Part shown: piece after piece, positions 40,254 through 50,137 of the stretch | Layout: the number at the start of each line of letters is the position of its first letter | How positions within the stretch are numbered: the stretch's first letter is position 1 | Source: an uncultured Pseudoalteromonas sp. | GTDB taxonomy: Bacteria; Pseudomonadota; Gammaproteobacteria; Enterobacterales; Alteromonadaceae | DNA length: 50,489 nucleotides | Direction: 5' to 3' | NCBI GenBank assembly: GCA_964564805.1 | Contig: CAZMDX010000681.1 | Span: forward strand, 1 to 50,489 | The notes under the pieces: generated by a model | Seen by the model: the letters and a program-made list of their open reading frames with translations, nothing else | Databases searched by the model: none | Told to the model about the DNA's origin: nothing | Position numbers and translations under genes: made by a program

Positions 40254-42602
40254 TTGTCAAATTTACCTACTGAACTTAAATCCCCAATTATTGATGAGTC
40301 AGTTATTCTTAAGCAATACAAGGTGTTGATAGATAAACTGATCCCATTACAGCATGAAAATAAACTTCTTGAGGGTTTAAATAAATTTTCTGGCACACTA
40401 ACCAGTCGTGTTAGAAACATCATTAAAGAAGAAGTCATACGATTAACGGCCCCTAGCGACGCTTCCGCTGATAATTCAGAATTTGCTAGATTTCCAACAC
40501 TGAAGTTTAAACACTTCGGTATTCCTATGAAACTAGATAAAGTGGGTCAAGGAATACTGTTGCGCGAAACCGGCCGCTTCGCTAACCGTTATACTGTGGG
40601 GGTGTTCGAATCTTTGATGAGCTCAGACTCCTATCAGTCTCAGTTTAAAAAAGAGCTGCAGGAGAAAATTGCTAAAGCTTTTAAGGTGGAGTCTCAATCA
40701 TTTAAGGATATTGATTTTGCAGACGACTTAGCTATTCGGCCTAATTATACGGTGTCTTGTGTTGAATTTGAAAAAGGGAAACAATGCACACTTGCATCTT
40801 TGTCTCGGTTTGGGATCGTAGTGGTAACAAAACGTGCCCCAGTGATTGAATCTGAGTCCGAAAAAGATAACGTATTTATTTTTTATTTTCCCAAAGTGGC
40901 GGGCTTGAATAATAAAACGACACAGATAAAATTTGAAATGCTAGCGAGTAATTTCAACAAAAGCATGTCTGTTTTTGAAACACATTTCAATTTTGCAGAA
41001 GGAACATCTAAAAAACTGATCGAACGTTGGAACCAGTATATTGAAAACTCGGTTAATCAATTTCCGTTAGAGCGAGAACTGGAAATCGAACGGGTTTTAC
41101 AAAATCTCGAACGGGATCGTATTCTCGCTAACAGTCCATGGATCCCGGTATTTTTATGTGAACAAGATGGTCATCTATGCCCAATTTATGAATTAAGTAC
41201 TCCAAAAAATTCAGAATACAATGTAAATTTCAACGTCATTAAAAACTTACCTACCCAAAAAATATTTCAAAATTTAATTAAAGAACTATTGGTGAACAAA
41301 GAAACCTTTTTACTAAATGGTACGATTGTAGGTAAAAAGGCGAATATCAATGTTGCTGTAACCCACAGGCAATTAGCTAAAACGGGTCTAGTGAAACAAT
41401 TTGTCGAATTGGCGACCCAATCAGAACAATTAAATGTGGTGCAGTTCCGGCTACAGCTGTTAGACGAAGCTCACAAAAAAATCGCTTTCGATATCCATGA
41501 CCTTATTCCTAGCGAATTTCCAGAATTAAGTACCATCAGTCATGTGTTGTTTTGTAAAGACGTAACCAATTGGATTGGTAATCTAAAAATTAGTAAACCA
41601 GAGCCTTTTAAACCATTTCCCCGGGCAATCATTGATGATCAAACTCGCTGGCCCATAAAAGTGGTAATGGAATCTGCTGCAGATCGCCGTTCAGAAGCTC
41701 GATATCAAATGGATACGCCAGCTAAGGTTTCAATGGGGTTATTTAACCAATTTGATGCTGTCCTTAATGACCTTTCTAGCAATGGCATAAAACTAACCTT
41801 GGATAATCCAAGCATGCTCACGCTTGACGCTACTGTCAGGGTATCCATCAAAGAGCTTAGACTTCGTGGCAAAAAGTATGAGGTCATCCATTACAATGAA
41901 AGCACTGGGGTTTTAAGGTTAAAATTACCAATCGATGAAGTGCAAACTGAAGGGCAAAAATTCCTAAATTTATTCAGTCGTAATATTAAGTATTTTAATC
42001 AAAGAGATAACAGTATTAAGCAACGGAATATTCATCGCTTTCTTTGGGAATTGAGTATTCGTAATCAGCCATGTGCTGCGGTATTAATTACCAATAACAG
42101 ATTTACTGTCGATAGGCTCAAGACTGTTTACCATAAAGAAGACTGTTTTGATTTAAAACCTTTTGATTCATTTGGCAACGAGGTGCTAATGGATGGTTTT
42201 TTTGCAGACAAAGATACGATGAGTCCTAAATCACAGTTGCTTGAAAACATGTTGCGAAACAATCTTCGTGACGCACATGTAGTCCACGTAGTTAGGTCTA
42301 GTGACCAACGTATTATTTTTGTCAAAGAAGATGAGTTTTTGTTTGGTAATGTGCGTAATCAGATCAGTGACTATGTAACCAAAAAAACAGCCGATGTCTG
42401 CGTGTCCCATCTCAGTGCAATGCGTTGCAACGAAAATAATACACCACTTACCGAAAAACGACTTGCACAGATCTCGAAAATTGATGTCGAGATATACCAA
42501 AAGCTTAAGAGTATGCAAAAGGGATATACACATGTGATGTATCTGACCAACGTGTCTATTTTTCACAACGTATTGCTTAGTTTTGGGGTATATCCCGAGT
42601 AA
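40254..42602 (+). CDS. Large PilZ-domain protein, putative c-di-GMP receptor (TTG start)
   Basis: DRRSEARY (RxxxR) followed by DLSSNG (DxSxxG) in a 782-aa soluble protein. Confidence 0.75.
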   Translation: MSNLPTELKSPIIDESVILKQYKVLIDKLIPLQHENKLLEGLNKFSGTLTSRVRNIIKEEVIRLTAPSDASADNSEFARFPTLKFKHFGIPMKLDKVGQGILLRETGRFANRYTVGVFESLMSSDSYQSQFKKELQEKIAKAFKVESQSFKDIDFADDLAIRPNYTVSCVEFEKGKQCTLASLSRFGIVVVTKRAPVIESESEKDNVFIFYFPKVAGLNNKTTQIKFEMLASNFNKSMSVFETHFNFAEGTSKKLIERWNQYIENSVNQFPLERELEIERVLQNLERDRILANSPWIPVFLCEQDGHLCPIYELSTPKNSEYNVNFNVIKNLPTQKIFQNLIKELLVNKETFLLNGTIVGKKANINVAVTHRQLAKTGLVKQFVELATQSEQLNVVQFRLQLLDEAHKKIAFDIHDLIPSEFPELSTISHVLFCKDVTNWIGNLKISKPEPFKPFPRAIIDDQTRWPIKVVMESAADRRSEARYQMDTPAKVSMGLFNQFDAVLNDLSSNGIKLTLDNPSMLTLDATVRVSIKELRLRGKKYEVIHYNESTGVLRLKLPIDEVQTEGQKFLNLFSRNIKYFNQRDNSIKQRNIHRFLWELSIRNQPCAAVLITNNRFTVDRLKTVYHKEDCFDLKPFDSFGNEVLMDGFFADKDTMSPKSQLLENMLRNNLRDAHVVHVVRSSDQRIIFVKEDEFLFGNVRNQISDYVTKKTADVCVSHLSAMRCNENNTPLTEKRLAQISKIDVEIYQKLKSMQKGYTHVMYLTNVSIFHNVLLSFGVYPE

Positions 42603-42639
42603 GGCATCAGATTTATTTATAAAATCATCAAGGTAACGT

Positions 42640-43095
42640 GTCGTGAGCATAACTTTTATATTGTCTGGAAAGAGCTGTCCAATATAGTTTTTTTCAATAC
42701 AACCATGTGATTGGTCACGGTTGTAAGTCTCAATTATGACCTTGAACACAAACAAAGATGCGCCTCTGGCTAGTCGTTTTTAATAAGTTTACTCAAATAC
42801 TTTTATAATCAATATTTTGGTTGACCCTTGACTGCGATGTTTGGGGCACACGACGATTCGACCGTGATGATAGTGTTTTACACGTTTATAGTATTGACTA
42901 GATGCTGCATATTGTTGCTTATCACTGAGTAGAAAAAATGATTTGAATGGCACTTTTATGACAGATTTAATAAAGCTTTAATCAGTCATGGGGTAAGCCA
43001 TGTTTGGCCCTTCCCACGTATAAATTTCTTGGTGATTGCTAAACCAACTAATAATCAGTAGAACATGTTGTTTTGCTGATTATTAGTCACTCTGG
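42640..43095 (-). pseudogene. GNAT N-acetyltransferase pseudogene
   Basis: One frame reads HVLLIISWFSNHQEIYTWEGPNMAYPMTD*SF...SQYYKRVKHYHHGRIVVCPKHRSQGSTKILI..FE*TY*K..ASLFVFK...QSHGCIE, giving GNAT motif A- and B-like segments with three in-frame stops. Ends are approximate. Confidence 0.75.
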
Positions 43096-43126
43096 TTTAG
43101 CCTCTCTGAATATTGTCCGGTATAAG

Positions 43127-43990
43127 TTACTGACCGTTATAAAGAGTATTAATCCACCTTTGTTCAGTGATAAAATTCCAAGCCCAGGACTTGTATTTTT
43201 CACCTAACCCCTGTGCCACTGCATCTTCAACACTTATGCCTTTGCTCTTCATTATTTTTACTTTGGCAGCAGTATCAATCATCATGTCTAGAGCTTTTTG
43301 GTAATCGGCTTTTGTGGCTAAATTTCCATGCCCAGGAATGATTTTTGTGTCCTCTTTAAGCATACCAATTAGTTTAGTGACATTATTAATATAGCCTTCC
43401 ACCGTGCCGCCGCCATCTAAATCAATATATGGAAAACGTCCTTCAAAGAATAAGTCTCCTGGATGTAAAACATTGGCATTTTCAAACCATACAACGCTGT
43501 CACTGTCAGTGTGACCTGCGGGCATATGCATGACATTGATGGTATCGTCATTAAAATGAAAGGTCACACCTTGTTTAAAGGTAACAACAGGTAATTCTGC
43601 GTATGAATGATCTTCTTTTTCTACTAAACGTTTACGCACATTATCATGAGCAAATATAGTACTATCTTTCACTTCTTTGAAGTAGGCATTGGAGCCAGTG
43701 TGATCACCGTGATAGTGAGTATTCACAACGTATTTAATCTCTGCGTTTGAAATGTTGTTAATAGCGTCTGCTATTTTTTCAGCCAGCGGAGCATATTGGT
43801 CATCAATGATCAAGATACCTTCAGGACCAGCAGAAACGCCAATATTGCCACCCATGCCTTCTAACATATATACAGAACCACTCACCGGTTGACTGGTTAT
43901 CTTTGCATCGGCCCACTTGTCTTGTGAAATAGCAGAATGAGTTGCAAAAATGGTGGTGATCGCAGTAACTAAAAGAATTTTTGAACACAT
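43127..43990 (-). CDS. Exported MBL-fold metallo-hydrolase (cyclase-like)
   Basis: Signal peptide, GGNIGVS, IDDQYAPLA, NTHYHGDHTG, HTDSD, GDLFF and IIPGHG. Confidence 0.9.
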   Translation of the reverse strand: MCSKILLVTAITTIFATHSAISQDKWADAKITSQPVSGSVYMLEGMGGNIGVSAGPEGILIIDDQYAPLAEKIADAINNISNAEIKYVVNTHYHGDHTGSNAYFKEVKDSTIFAHDNVRKRLVEKEDHSYAELPVVTFKQGVTFHFNDDTINVMHMPAGHTDSDSVVWFENANVLHPGDLFFEGRFPYIDLDGGGTVEGYINNVTKLIGMLKEDTKIIPGHGNLATKADYQKALDMMIDTAAKVKIMKSKGISVEDAVAQGLGEKYKSWAWNFITEQRWINTLYNGQ

Positions 43991-44085
43991 AAATATTGTC
44001 CTTTGATTAAAATTAAGTAAATCCTAGACGTTTGCTACAACAGACTACAAACTATGAATTATACAAGACCGTTAAGATAACCCGC

Positions 44086-45813
44086 ATGTTTCAATTTACA
44101 AAACGTATTAGCTTCATTTTTTTCGCGATCAGTCTGGCAACTGCTTTTTTTATCAACTTCAAGATCAGTCCGACTTGGGTTGAAACCCAATTACAATATC
44201 AAACATATGATAATGAATCAGGACAGTTGGTTTATCGCGCGAGCGCTAAAGAGAATGTGATAGAAAATCTTGTCCCTTATACTGAGTCTCCTCTTAGACA
44301 ATCAATTTTGAATAACCAACAAAGTAAGCCTTCTTTATCACAGCAATGGGTGTACAAAAATAGTATTGATGACATTGTTTTACTCAAAGCCGATTTTCAT
44401 TTTGGTATCTGGTCATTATTGCCTGCACTAGTAGCTGTTGTTTTATGTTTAATGACTCGTGAGCCTTTGGTTGCATTATTTGCCGGAATAGTAATTGGTG
44501 CAGTAATGTTAGGACGATTTGATATTACCCATGAGGTATTTATTCCTAATATAGGTACATCAAGCGCCGCATCTATTTTGATCTTATATTTATGGTTACT
44601 CGGAGGCTTAATGGGTATGTGGGCAAAAACAGGTGCGGCCAAAGCTTTTGCCGATCATATGAGTCAACATTATGTAAAAGGACCACGTTCAGCCAAGGTT
44701 GTCACTTGGTTTTTAGGCTTGGTGTTTTTTCAAGGAGGCACGATGAGTACAGTCTTGGTTGGCACAACGGTCAAACCCATCGCGGATAAAGCTGGGGTGA
44801 GTCACGAAGAGCTCAGTTACGTTGTTGACTCTACCGCTTCACCTATTGCGTCGATCATTGCATTTAACGCTTGGCCTGCTTATATACAAGCTTTTTTGTT
44901 CATTCCAGGGGTTGCATTTTTAGCGACAGAGAGTGACAGGATAGCCTTCTTTTTTGCGAGTATTCCTTTTAGTTTCTATGCGATATTTGCTGTTTTAGGC
45001 ACTTTATTACTCAGTTTGAATATCACCACATTCAGTGGAGCACCACTTAAAAAAGCAATCAAACGAGTGACTGAGACAGGCGAATTAGATGCGCCTAACG
45101 CGTCACCCATTAGTGCTAAAGAGTTACACGAAAGCCAAGTTCCTGAAGGGTATACGGCTCATAGATTAGAGTTTATATTACCTTTGGTGAGTTTGATTAT
45201 AATCGCTATTAGCTCATATTTTGTAACGGGTTCACCACAAATTCATTGGGCTTTCTCAGGTGCTCTGTTTTTATCTATTTTTATGGCGCTGGCAAAAGGA
45301 ATGGCACTTAAACATGTGTTAGATGGATTTGGCAATGGCTTAAAAGGTGTCGTGGTAGCTTCTGTTATATTGATGTTTGCCCTTACAATAGGTGTGCTGA
45401 GCAAACAGTTGGGCGGCGGTATTTATTTGGTTGAATCTTTGGGGGAGTACATTCCGTTTTGGTGTTTACCTATAATTTTACAACTTATGACTATGGTTAT
45501 CGCTTTCTCAACTGGCACCAGCTGGGGCACATACGCCATTGCTTTCCCCTTAGGTTTACCTTTGGCTTGGACCATTGCTCAGAGTCAAGGCTTGCACAAC
45601 CCTGAATTGTTTATGATGGTCTGCTTTGCTACTATTTTAAATGGTAGTGTTTATGGTGATCAATGCTCACCTATCTCAGACACCACTATTTTGAGTTCTA
45701 TGACAACAGGTTGCGACTTAATGGATCATGTGAAGTCGCAGATCGTACCAGCTACCTATGCAGCGCTCCTCGCTGGTTTTTTGTGGACTGCTACTGTTTT
45801 GCTTTTCGCTTAA
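44086..45813 (+). CDS. NhaC-family transporter
   Basis: WSLLP.LVA, S.EELSYVVDSTASP, AFSTGTSWGT and GDQCSPISDTTILSS..GCDLMDHV.SQ. The ATG at 44086 is preferred over the TTG at 44032. Confidence 0.88.
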   Translation: MFQFTKRISFIFFAISLATAFFINFKISPTWVETQLQYQTYDNESGQLVYRASAKENVIENLVPYTESPLRQSILNNQQSKPSLSQQWVYKNSIDDIVLLKADFHFGIWSLLPALVAVVLCLMTREPLVALFAGIVIGAVMLGRFDITHEVFIPNIGTSSAASILILYLWLLGGLMGMWAKTGAAKAFADHMSQHYVKGPRSAKVVTWFLGLVFFQGGTMSTVLVGTTVKPIADKAGVSHEELSYVVDSTASPIASIIAFNAWPAYIQAFLFIPGVAFLATESDRIAFFFASIPFSFYAIFAVLGTLLLSLNITTFSGAPLKKAIKRVTETGELDAPNASPISAKELHESQVPEGYTAHRLEFILPLVSLIIIAISSYFVTGSPQIHWAFSGALFLSIFMALAKGMALKHVLDGFGNGLKGVVVASVILMFALTIGVLSKQLGGGIYLVESLGEYIPFWCLPIILQLMTMVIAFSTGTSWGTYAIAFPLGLPLAWTIAQSQGLHNPELFMMVCFATILNGSVYGDQCSPISDTTILSSMTTGCDLMDHVKSQIVPATYAALLAGFLWTATVLLFA

Positions 45814-46105
45814 GGGCGATATTTATTCGAGTTAGATATTCCTTGCCCGATTTGTTTTTGATGTTCTAGGTTGGAGTGAGTCGAACATCACGGGTTATGT
45901 ATGGCCAATTATTTTTTAAAAAATAATTTATTCTTAAATTTAGCTTATCTAAGAGAAGTAAAATATGTAAAGCAAGTTGGGATGGTTCATACAATACTAA
46001 AAAAGTATTCAATATAGTGGTGTAAGGTTCAGGTCTGAAATTAATAGTATGACAATTATCTTATTATTTTAATACACACCTGCTCTTATTAGATAATGTT
46101 GGTGC

Positions 46106-46315
46106 TCAGCTTATATACTCAAATCTCAGCTTTGTTTCGCCATCAACCTGTACTGTTTCAATGAACATACTCAAAGGCCTAACCCATAGACTTCTTGCAC
46201 CGTAAAGAGGGCGATAAACGACTAATTCAGTTTCATCTTCCGAATGTTTAGCTACACCAATCACTTCATATTCATTACCTTTATAATGTCTGTAACGTCC
46301 TATTTTTAATGACAC
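46106..46315 (-). CDS. DUF1653 domain protein (GTG start)
   Basis: GRYRHYKG..YEV.GVAKHSE...LVVYRPLYG...LWVRP..MF.E...RF. GAGGAG RBS present. Confidence 0.9.
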   Translation of the reverse strand: MSLKIGRYRHYKGNEYEVIGVAKHSEDETELVVYRPLYGARSLWVRPLSMFIETVQVDGETKLRFEYIS

Positions 46316-46347
46316 AATTACTCCTCGCTGTTTAAGACTTGTTAATG

Positions 46348-47526
46348 CTATGTGGTATGTTGTTTTTGTCTGTTCTTTTGTGATGTAATTACTATCAATT
46401 GAACCGCAATGATCGCAAAGCTAGTAATCAATAATCCATGCCAATCAATTAGATTGAGAAATATACCAGCACTTAACGCCGCAGTTGCTTGACAACCAAA
46501 TACCAAAAATTCACTCAAACCTTGGACTTTAAATCTTTCATTAGGTTGATAGCTTTGTGATAGTAAAACGGTACCGCCAACAAATAAAAAATTCCATCCA
46601 ATGCCCAATAAAACCAACGCGCCCCAATAACTCACCCATTCGCTGCCTGTTAGTGCGATGAAGATAGTGGCGGTATAGGCTGTTAAGCCTAAGTAGATAA
46701 TTTTTGTAGTACCTAACTTACTGATCAACCAACCACTAAATAGTGATGGAAAAAACATCGCAAAAATATGACTTTGGATCACCCATTTTGTATCTTGCAA
46801 AGAATAAGCCTCGTGCACATGCATATGCAATGGCGTGGCTGTCATGATAAAACTCATCAAAGCATAACCTACTACCGATGCGGAAACGGCAAGTATAAAT
46901 ACTGGCTGACGTGTTATGTCACTTAATTTTCGTCCGCTAAGCGAAGACTTCGCTGTAATAACGTGAGTGTTGTCAATTTGAGTAAATAGCAAGCTGCACA
47001 ATAACAATAAAGCGGCGGTTAAATAAAATCCTCCGACAAAGTCTTGGTCCGAAAAAAATTGACCAAGAGTCACTAACTCCGGGCCCAAAATAGCGGCAAC
47101 TAATCCGCCCAACAATACAGTGGAAGCAGCTTTAGGTATCAATTCAACGTTGACTGATTCCATGGCTGCAAATCGTATTTGTTGAATTGCAGACATCATC
47201 ATACCTAATAAAAAAGCAGATAATACTAACCCCAAAAAGCTATTGTTGGCGATGCTTGCAGCGGCTAACAATGCCACCAGCGACCCCAGAACAGTTGACA
47301 TAATAAAAACTGGTTTTCTTCCAAAATGTTGCATTAAACGTGTGACAGGTACAACACCACAAGCAGTGCCTACAATACTCATGGCTAAGGGGAGAGTTGA
47401 CCATTTTGGCTCTGGTGTAAGTTGGGCACCTAAAACACCACCTGCAAGAACTAGCATAGTGCCTGCACTCAAAGCTAAAGCTTGGATTAAAGTTAATAAC
47501 CAAACGTTATGGGGCATTTTTTGCAA
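46348..47526 (-). CDS. MFS transporter
   Basis: About 12 TM segments, FGRK loop, RFAA.E, MSFIMTATPL.M, IQ.H..AMF.PS and GWNFLFVGGT. Start is either the TTG at 47526 or the ATG at 47517. Confidence 0.88.
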   Translation of the reverse strand: MQKMPHNVWLLTLIQALALSAGTMLVLAGGVLGAQLTPEPKWSTLPLAMSIVGTACGVVPVTRLMQHFGRKPVFIMSTVLGSLVALLAAASIANNSFLGLVLSAFLLGMMMSAIQQIRFAAMESVNVELIPKAASTVLLGGLVAAILGPELVTLGQFFSDQDFVGGFYLTAALLLLCSLLFTQIDNTHVITAKSSLSGRKLSDITRQPVFILAVSASVVGYALMSFIMTATPLHMHVHEAYSLQDTKWVIQSHIFAMFFPSLFSGWLISKLGTTKIIYLGLTAYTATIFIALTGSEWVSYWGALVLLGIGWNFLFVGGTVLLSQSYQPNERFKVQGLSEFLVFGCQATAALSAGIFLNLIDWHGLLITSFAIIAVQLIVITSQKNRQKQHTT

Positions 47527-47589
47527 AAATTAGTTTCCTTGTTATCTTAATGTAGAAATATTCGTGTTTAGTGTATCTATTTGTAGGAT

Positions 47590-48663
47590 TTATTTCTCAG
47601 AAGATGAAAACAAAAAAGCTAACTGCCTTGTGTCTTCAGCTTCTGCTAAAGCAACATGAAGTCCCACCAATCTAATACCTCTATTAGCTCGGCGCGAAAG
47701 ACCTTCGGATAATAGCTTTAGAAAGTACTGTTTATCTAATACCTGACATTTATGCTCAACGGTTGTTTGTTGGAAATCACTAAACTTGAGTTTTATGCCC
47801 TGGCTTTGAATGTTAGCTTGCGATTTGTTTAATCGTTGCTCTAATAAGGGGAAAAGGCTGTCAATCATTTTGACACATTCATCCCGTGAATGAATGTCCT
47901 CAGCCAAAGTTCTTTCTACCCCTACAGATTTACGTTGTCTGGCAAGGCTTAGGTTGCGGTCATCTAATCCATGGCTTCTATCCCAGATCACTGAACCAAA
48001 CTTACCAAACCGTTTGATTAAGTCTTCGAAAGAAAACTGACGCACATCAGCACAGCTGTAAAGTCCTAAATTATGTAACTTAGCCAGCGTGACTTTGCCG
48101 ACGCCAGGGATTTTCCCGAGGGGTAATGCAATCACAAAGTCATCTAATTTATCAGGCGTGATGACACAGATGCCATTGGGCTTATTTTCATCACTGGCAA
48201 TTTTGGCAACAAATTTACAAGGGGCAACTCCTGCTGAAGCAGTGAGTTGAGTTTCTTCAAAGATAGTGCGTCTTATATCTTCGGCAATTAAGGTGGCGCT
48301 ACCTGAGAACAAGGTACAATCAGATACATCTAAATAGGCCTCGTCCAATGAAAGGGGCTCTACTTTGTCTGTGTATCTGCTGAATATTTCGCGTATCTGA
48401 TGGGATATATCGCTATATAAAGCCATCCTGCCTGGTGCTAGCACTAAATCAGGACAGAGCTTTAGTGCGTGAGCCGTAGCCATTGCTGAGCGCACGCCAT
48501 ATGTTCGAGCTTGGTAATTACAAGTCGATATAACACCTCGCCTATCAGTACTGCCGCCAATGGCAAGTGGCACATTCCGATACTCTGGGTTGTCGCGCAT
48601 CTCAACGGCTGCATAATAACAATCCATATCAATGTGAATGATTTTACGCAAATAATAGGCCAA
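47590..48663 (-). CDS. dinB: DNA polymerase IV
   Basis: [42 protein letters not shown] and RKSVGVERT. The start may be the TTG at 48651. Confidence 0.96.
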   Translation of the reverse strand: MAYYLRKIIHIDMDCYYAAVEMRDNPEYRNVPLAIGGSTDRRGVISTCNYQARTYGVRSAMATAHALKLCPDLVLAPGRMALYSDISHQIREIFSRYTDKVEPLSLDEAYLDVSDCTLFSGSATLIAEDIRRTIFEETQLTASAGVAPCKFVAKIASDENKPNGICVITPDKLDDFVIALPLGKIPGVGKVTLAKLHNLGLYSCADVRQFSFEDLIKRFGKFGSVIWDRSHGLDDRNLSLARQRKSVGVERTLAEDIHSRDECVKMIDSLFPLLEQRLNKSQANIQSQGIKLKFSDFQQTTVEHKCQVLDKQYFLKLLSEGLSRRANRGIRLVGLHVALAEAEDTRQLAFLFSSSEK

Positions 48664-48670
48664 GAGGTGA

Positions 48671-48686
48671 CTGTATATATAATCAG
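48671..48686. promoter_or_regulatory. LexA (SOS) box upstream of dinB
   Basis: CTGTATATATAATCAG fits CTG-N10-CAG and overlaps a minus-strand TATACT -10-like hexamer at 48685-48690. Confidence 0.9.
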
Positions 48687-48718
48687 TATATTGCCGGAAT
48701 GTTAAAATATATCAATAT

Positions 48719-48746
48719 AAAAAACGCCAGAATAACTGACGTTTCT
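48719..48746 (-). terminator. Rho-independent terminator after nqrM
   Basis: Minus strand AAACGTCAG-TTATT-CTGGCGTTT-TTT. Confidence 0.7.
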
Positions 48747-48772
48747 ATTAGTTCTGATTTATTTGAATTCGA

Positions 48773-49006
48773 TTATAGAATTTGGTCTTTTTTCCATTCA
48801 TTTAATTTAGCTTCTCTAGCTTGTTCTTTTTCTAGTCGCATTTTCTTACGATCACAAGGTTCTGGACAATCACAAGCTTTAGCAATGCCTAAAGCGCCCA
48901 ACCCCCCACAACTGCCAGCAATGGTTTTTTGTTGAAATATATAGCCTACTGACATGGCAACCACTACGACTATAAAAAATATAAATGCAAAAATAAAGGT
49001 ACTCAA
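48773..49006 (-). CDS. nqrM: Na+-NQR maturation factor NqrM (TTG start)
   Basis: One TM helix, I.GSCGGL.ALGI.K.CDC..PC, located downstream of apbE. Confidence 0.92.
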   Translation of the reverse strand: MSTFIFAFIFFIVVVVAMSVGYIFQQKTIAGSCGGLGALGIAKACDCPEPCDRKKMRLEKEQAREAKLNEWKKDQIL

Positions 49007-49045
49007 AACCTGTCTCCAATAAATCGGTATGAACGTGGTGTGGTT

Positions 49046-50065
49046 TTAATGAACAATGACATGTTGCTCAAATTGGGTACTAGTATACTCGGTAAAACCG
49101 TCCTTTTCTTTAGTAATTAGTAACACCGCAATACCGTATGATTCTGCCAATTTTAATGCCTTTTCTTTACCCATCACATTCAGTGCTGTTGCCAAACCAT
49201 CGGCTGTCATAGAAGAAGCGTGAACCACTGTGACAGACACTAGATTATGTTTGATGGGGTAACCAGTGGTTGGGTTGATTAAGTGTGAATAGCGTACCCC
49301 ATCCTGCTCATAGTAGTTACGATAGTCTCCTGATGTAGCAACTGCGTTGTCACCAACACTGATAATTCTTTGTATTGATCGTTGTTCTGTTTCGGGCTTT
49401 TCGATGGCAATCTTCCATGGCTCGCCCGAGGACTTTAGTCCCGCCAATCGCATCTCGCCACCTATTTCTACGAGGTAGTTACTTATATTCAATGTTTGTA
49501 AAAGTTCTGCAAGCTTGTCAACAGCGTAACCCTTAGCAATAGTTGATAAGTCTACATATAGGTCAGGTCGAGTTTTACTGGCCCAAGTTGTCCCAATTTT
49601 TAATTTATCTAAACCAATCTTTTGTCGTGTTGTGGTAATTAACTCTTCAGTTGGAATTTTTTCTGGTCGACTTTGTGGACCAAATCCCCAAAGATTGACT
49701 AAGGGTCCTACTGTCACATCTAATAATCCAGCACTCATAACACCTAAACGTTTTGCTTCGATTAACACATCCAAGGTTTGTGCTGACATGGGAAAAGGCT
49801 CAACGCTCCTCCATTGATTAAACCTGCTTAGTTCCGAACCTTTGATATAGGTCGACATTAATTGATTGATATTGATCAAAGCTTGGTCAATTTGTTGTTT
49901 TAATTTTTGCTTGTCTACTCCATCCACCGATACAAATTTTACATTATATGTGGTTCCCATTGTTGGGCCAGATATGTATGTTTCTTGGTTTTTAGGCGTT
50001 GTACAAGCCATCAGGATTGTAGTAATGATAACAATCAAAATTCTGATATTAAAAATTGTTTGCAT
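49046..50065 (-). CDS. apbE: FAD:protein FMN transferase (lipoprotein)
   Basis: Lipobox LMAC, GPTMGT, MSTY...SELSRFN, DLSTIAKGY, EIGGE, ATSGDYRNY, HLINP.TG and ADGLATA. Confidence 0.95.
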   Translation of the reverse strand: MQTIFNIRILIVIITTILMACTTPKNQETYISGPTMGTTYNVKFVSVDGVDKQKLKQQIDQALININQLMSTYIKGSELSRFNQWRSVEPFPMSAQTLDVLIEAKRLGVMSAGLLDVTVGPLVNLWGFGPQSRPEKIPTEELITTTRQKIGLDKLKIGTTWASKTRPDLYVDLSTIAKGYAVDKLAELLQTLNISNYLVEIGGEMRLAGLKSSGEPWKIAIEKPETEQRSIQRIISVGDNAVATSGDYRNYYEQDGVRYSHLINPTTGYPIKHNLVSVTVVHASSMTADGLATALNVMGKEKALKLAESYGIAVLLITKEKDGFTEYTSTQFEQHVIVH

Positions 50066-50085
50066 ACTTTATTTCGAGCCTATAG

Positions 50086-50107
50086 AAAAAGGGGCAATTA
50101 GCCCCTT
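50086..50107 (-). terminator. Rho-independent terminator between nqrF and apbE
   Basis: Minus strand AAGGGGC-TAATT-GCCCCTT-TTT. Confidence 0.75.
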
Positions 50108-50137
50108 CAAAAATTTGATGTTTATACTGCGTTGAGG

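Noticed and set aside
42231-42755. 174-aa minus-strand ORF
   Set aside because: Its first part is the GNAT pseudogene tail and the rest is antisense to the PilZ gene.
43127-43990. Metallo-beta-lactamase resistance gene
   Set aside because: HxHxDH marks the fold only. The flanking motifs fit the widespread cyclase-like hydrolases, and activity cannot be inferred.
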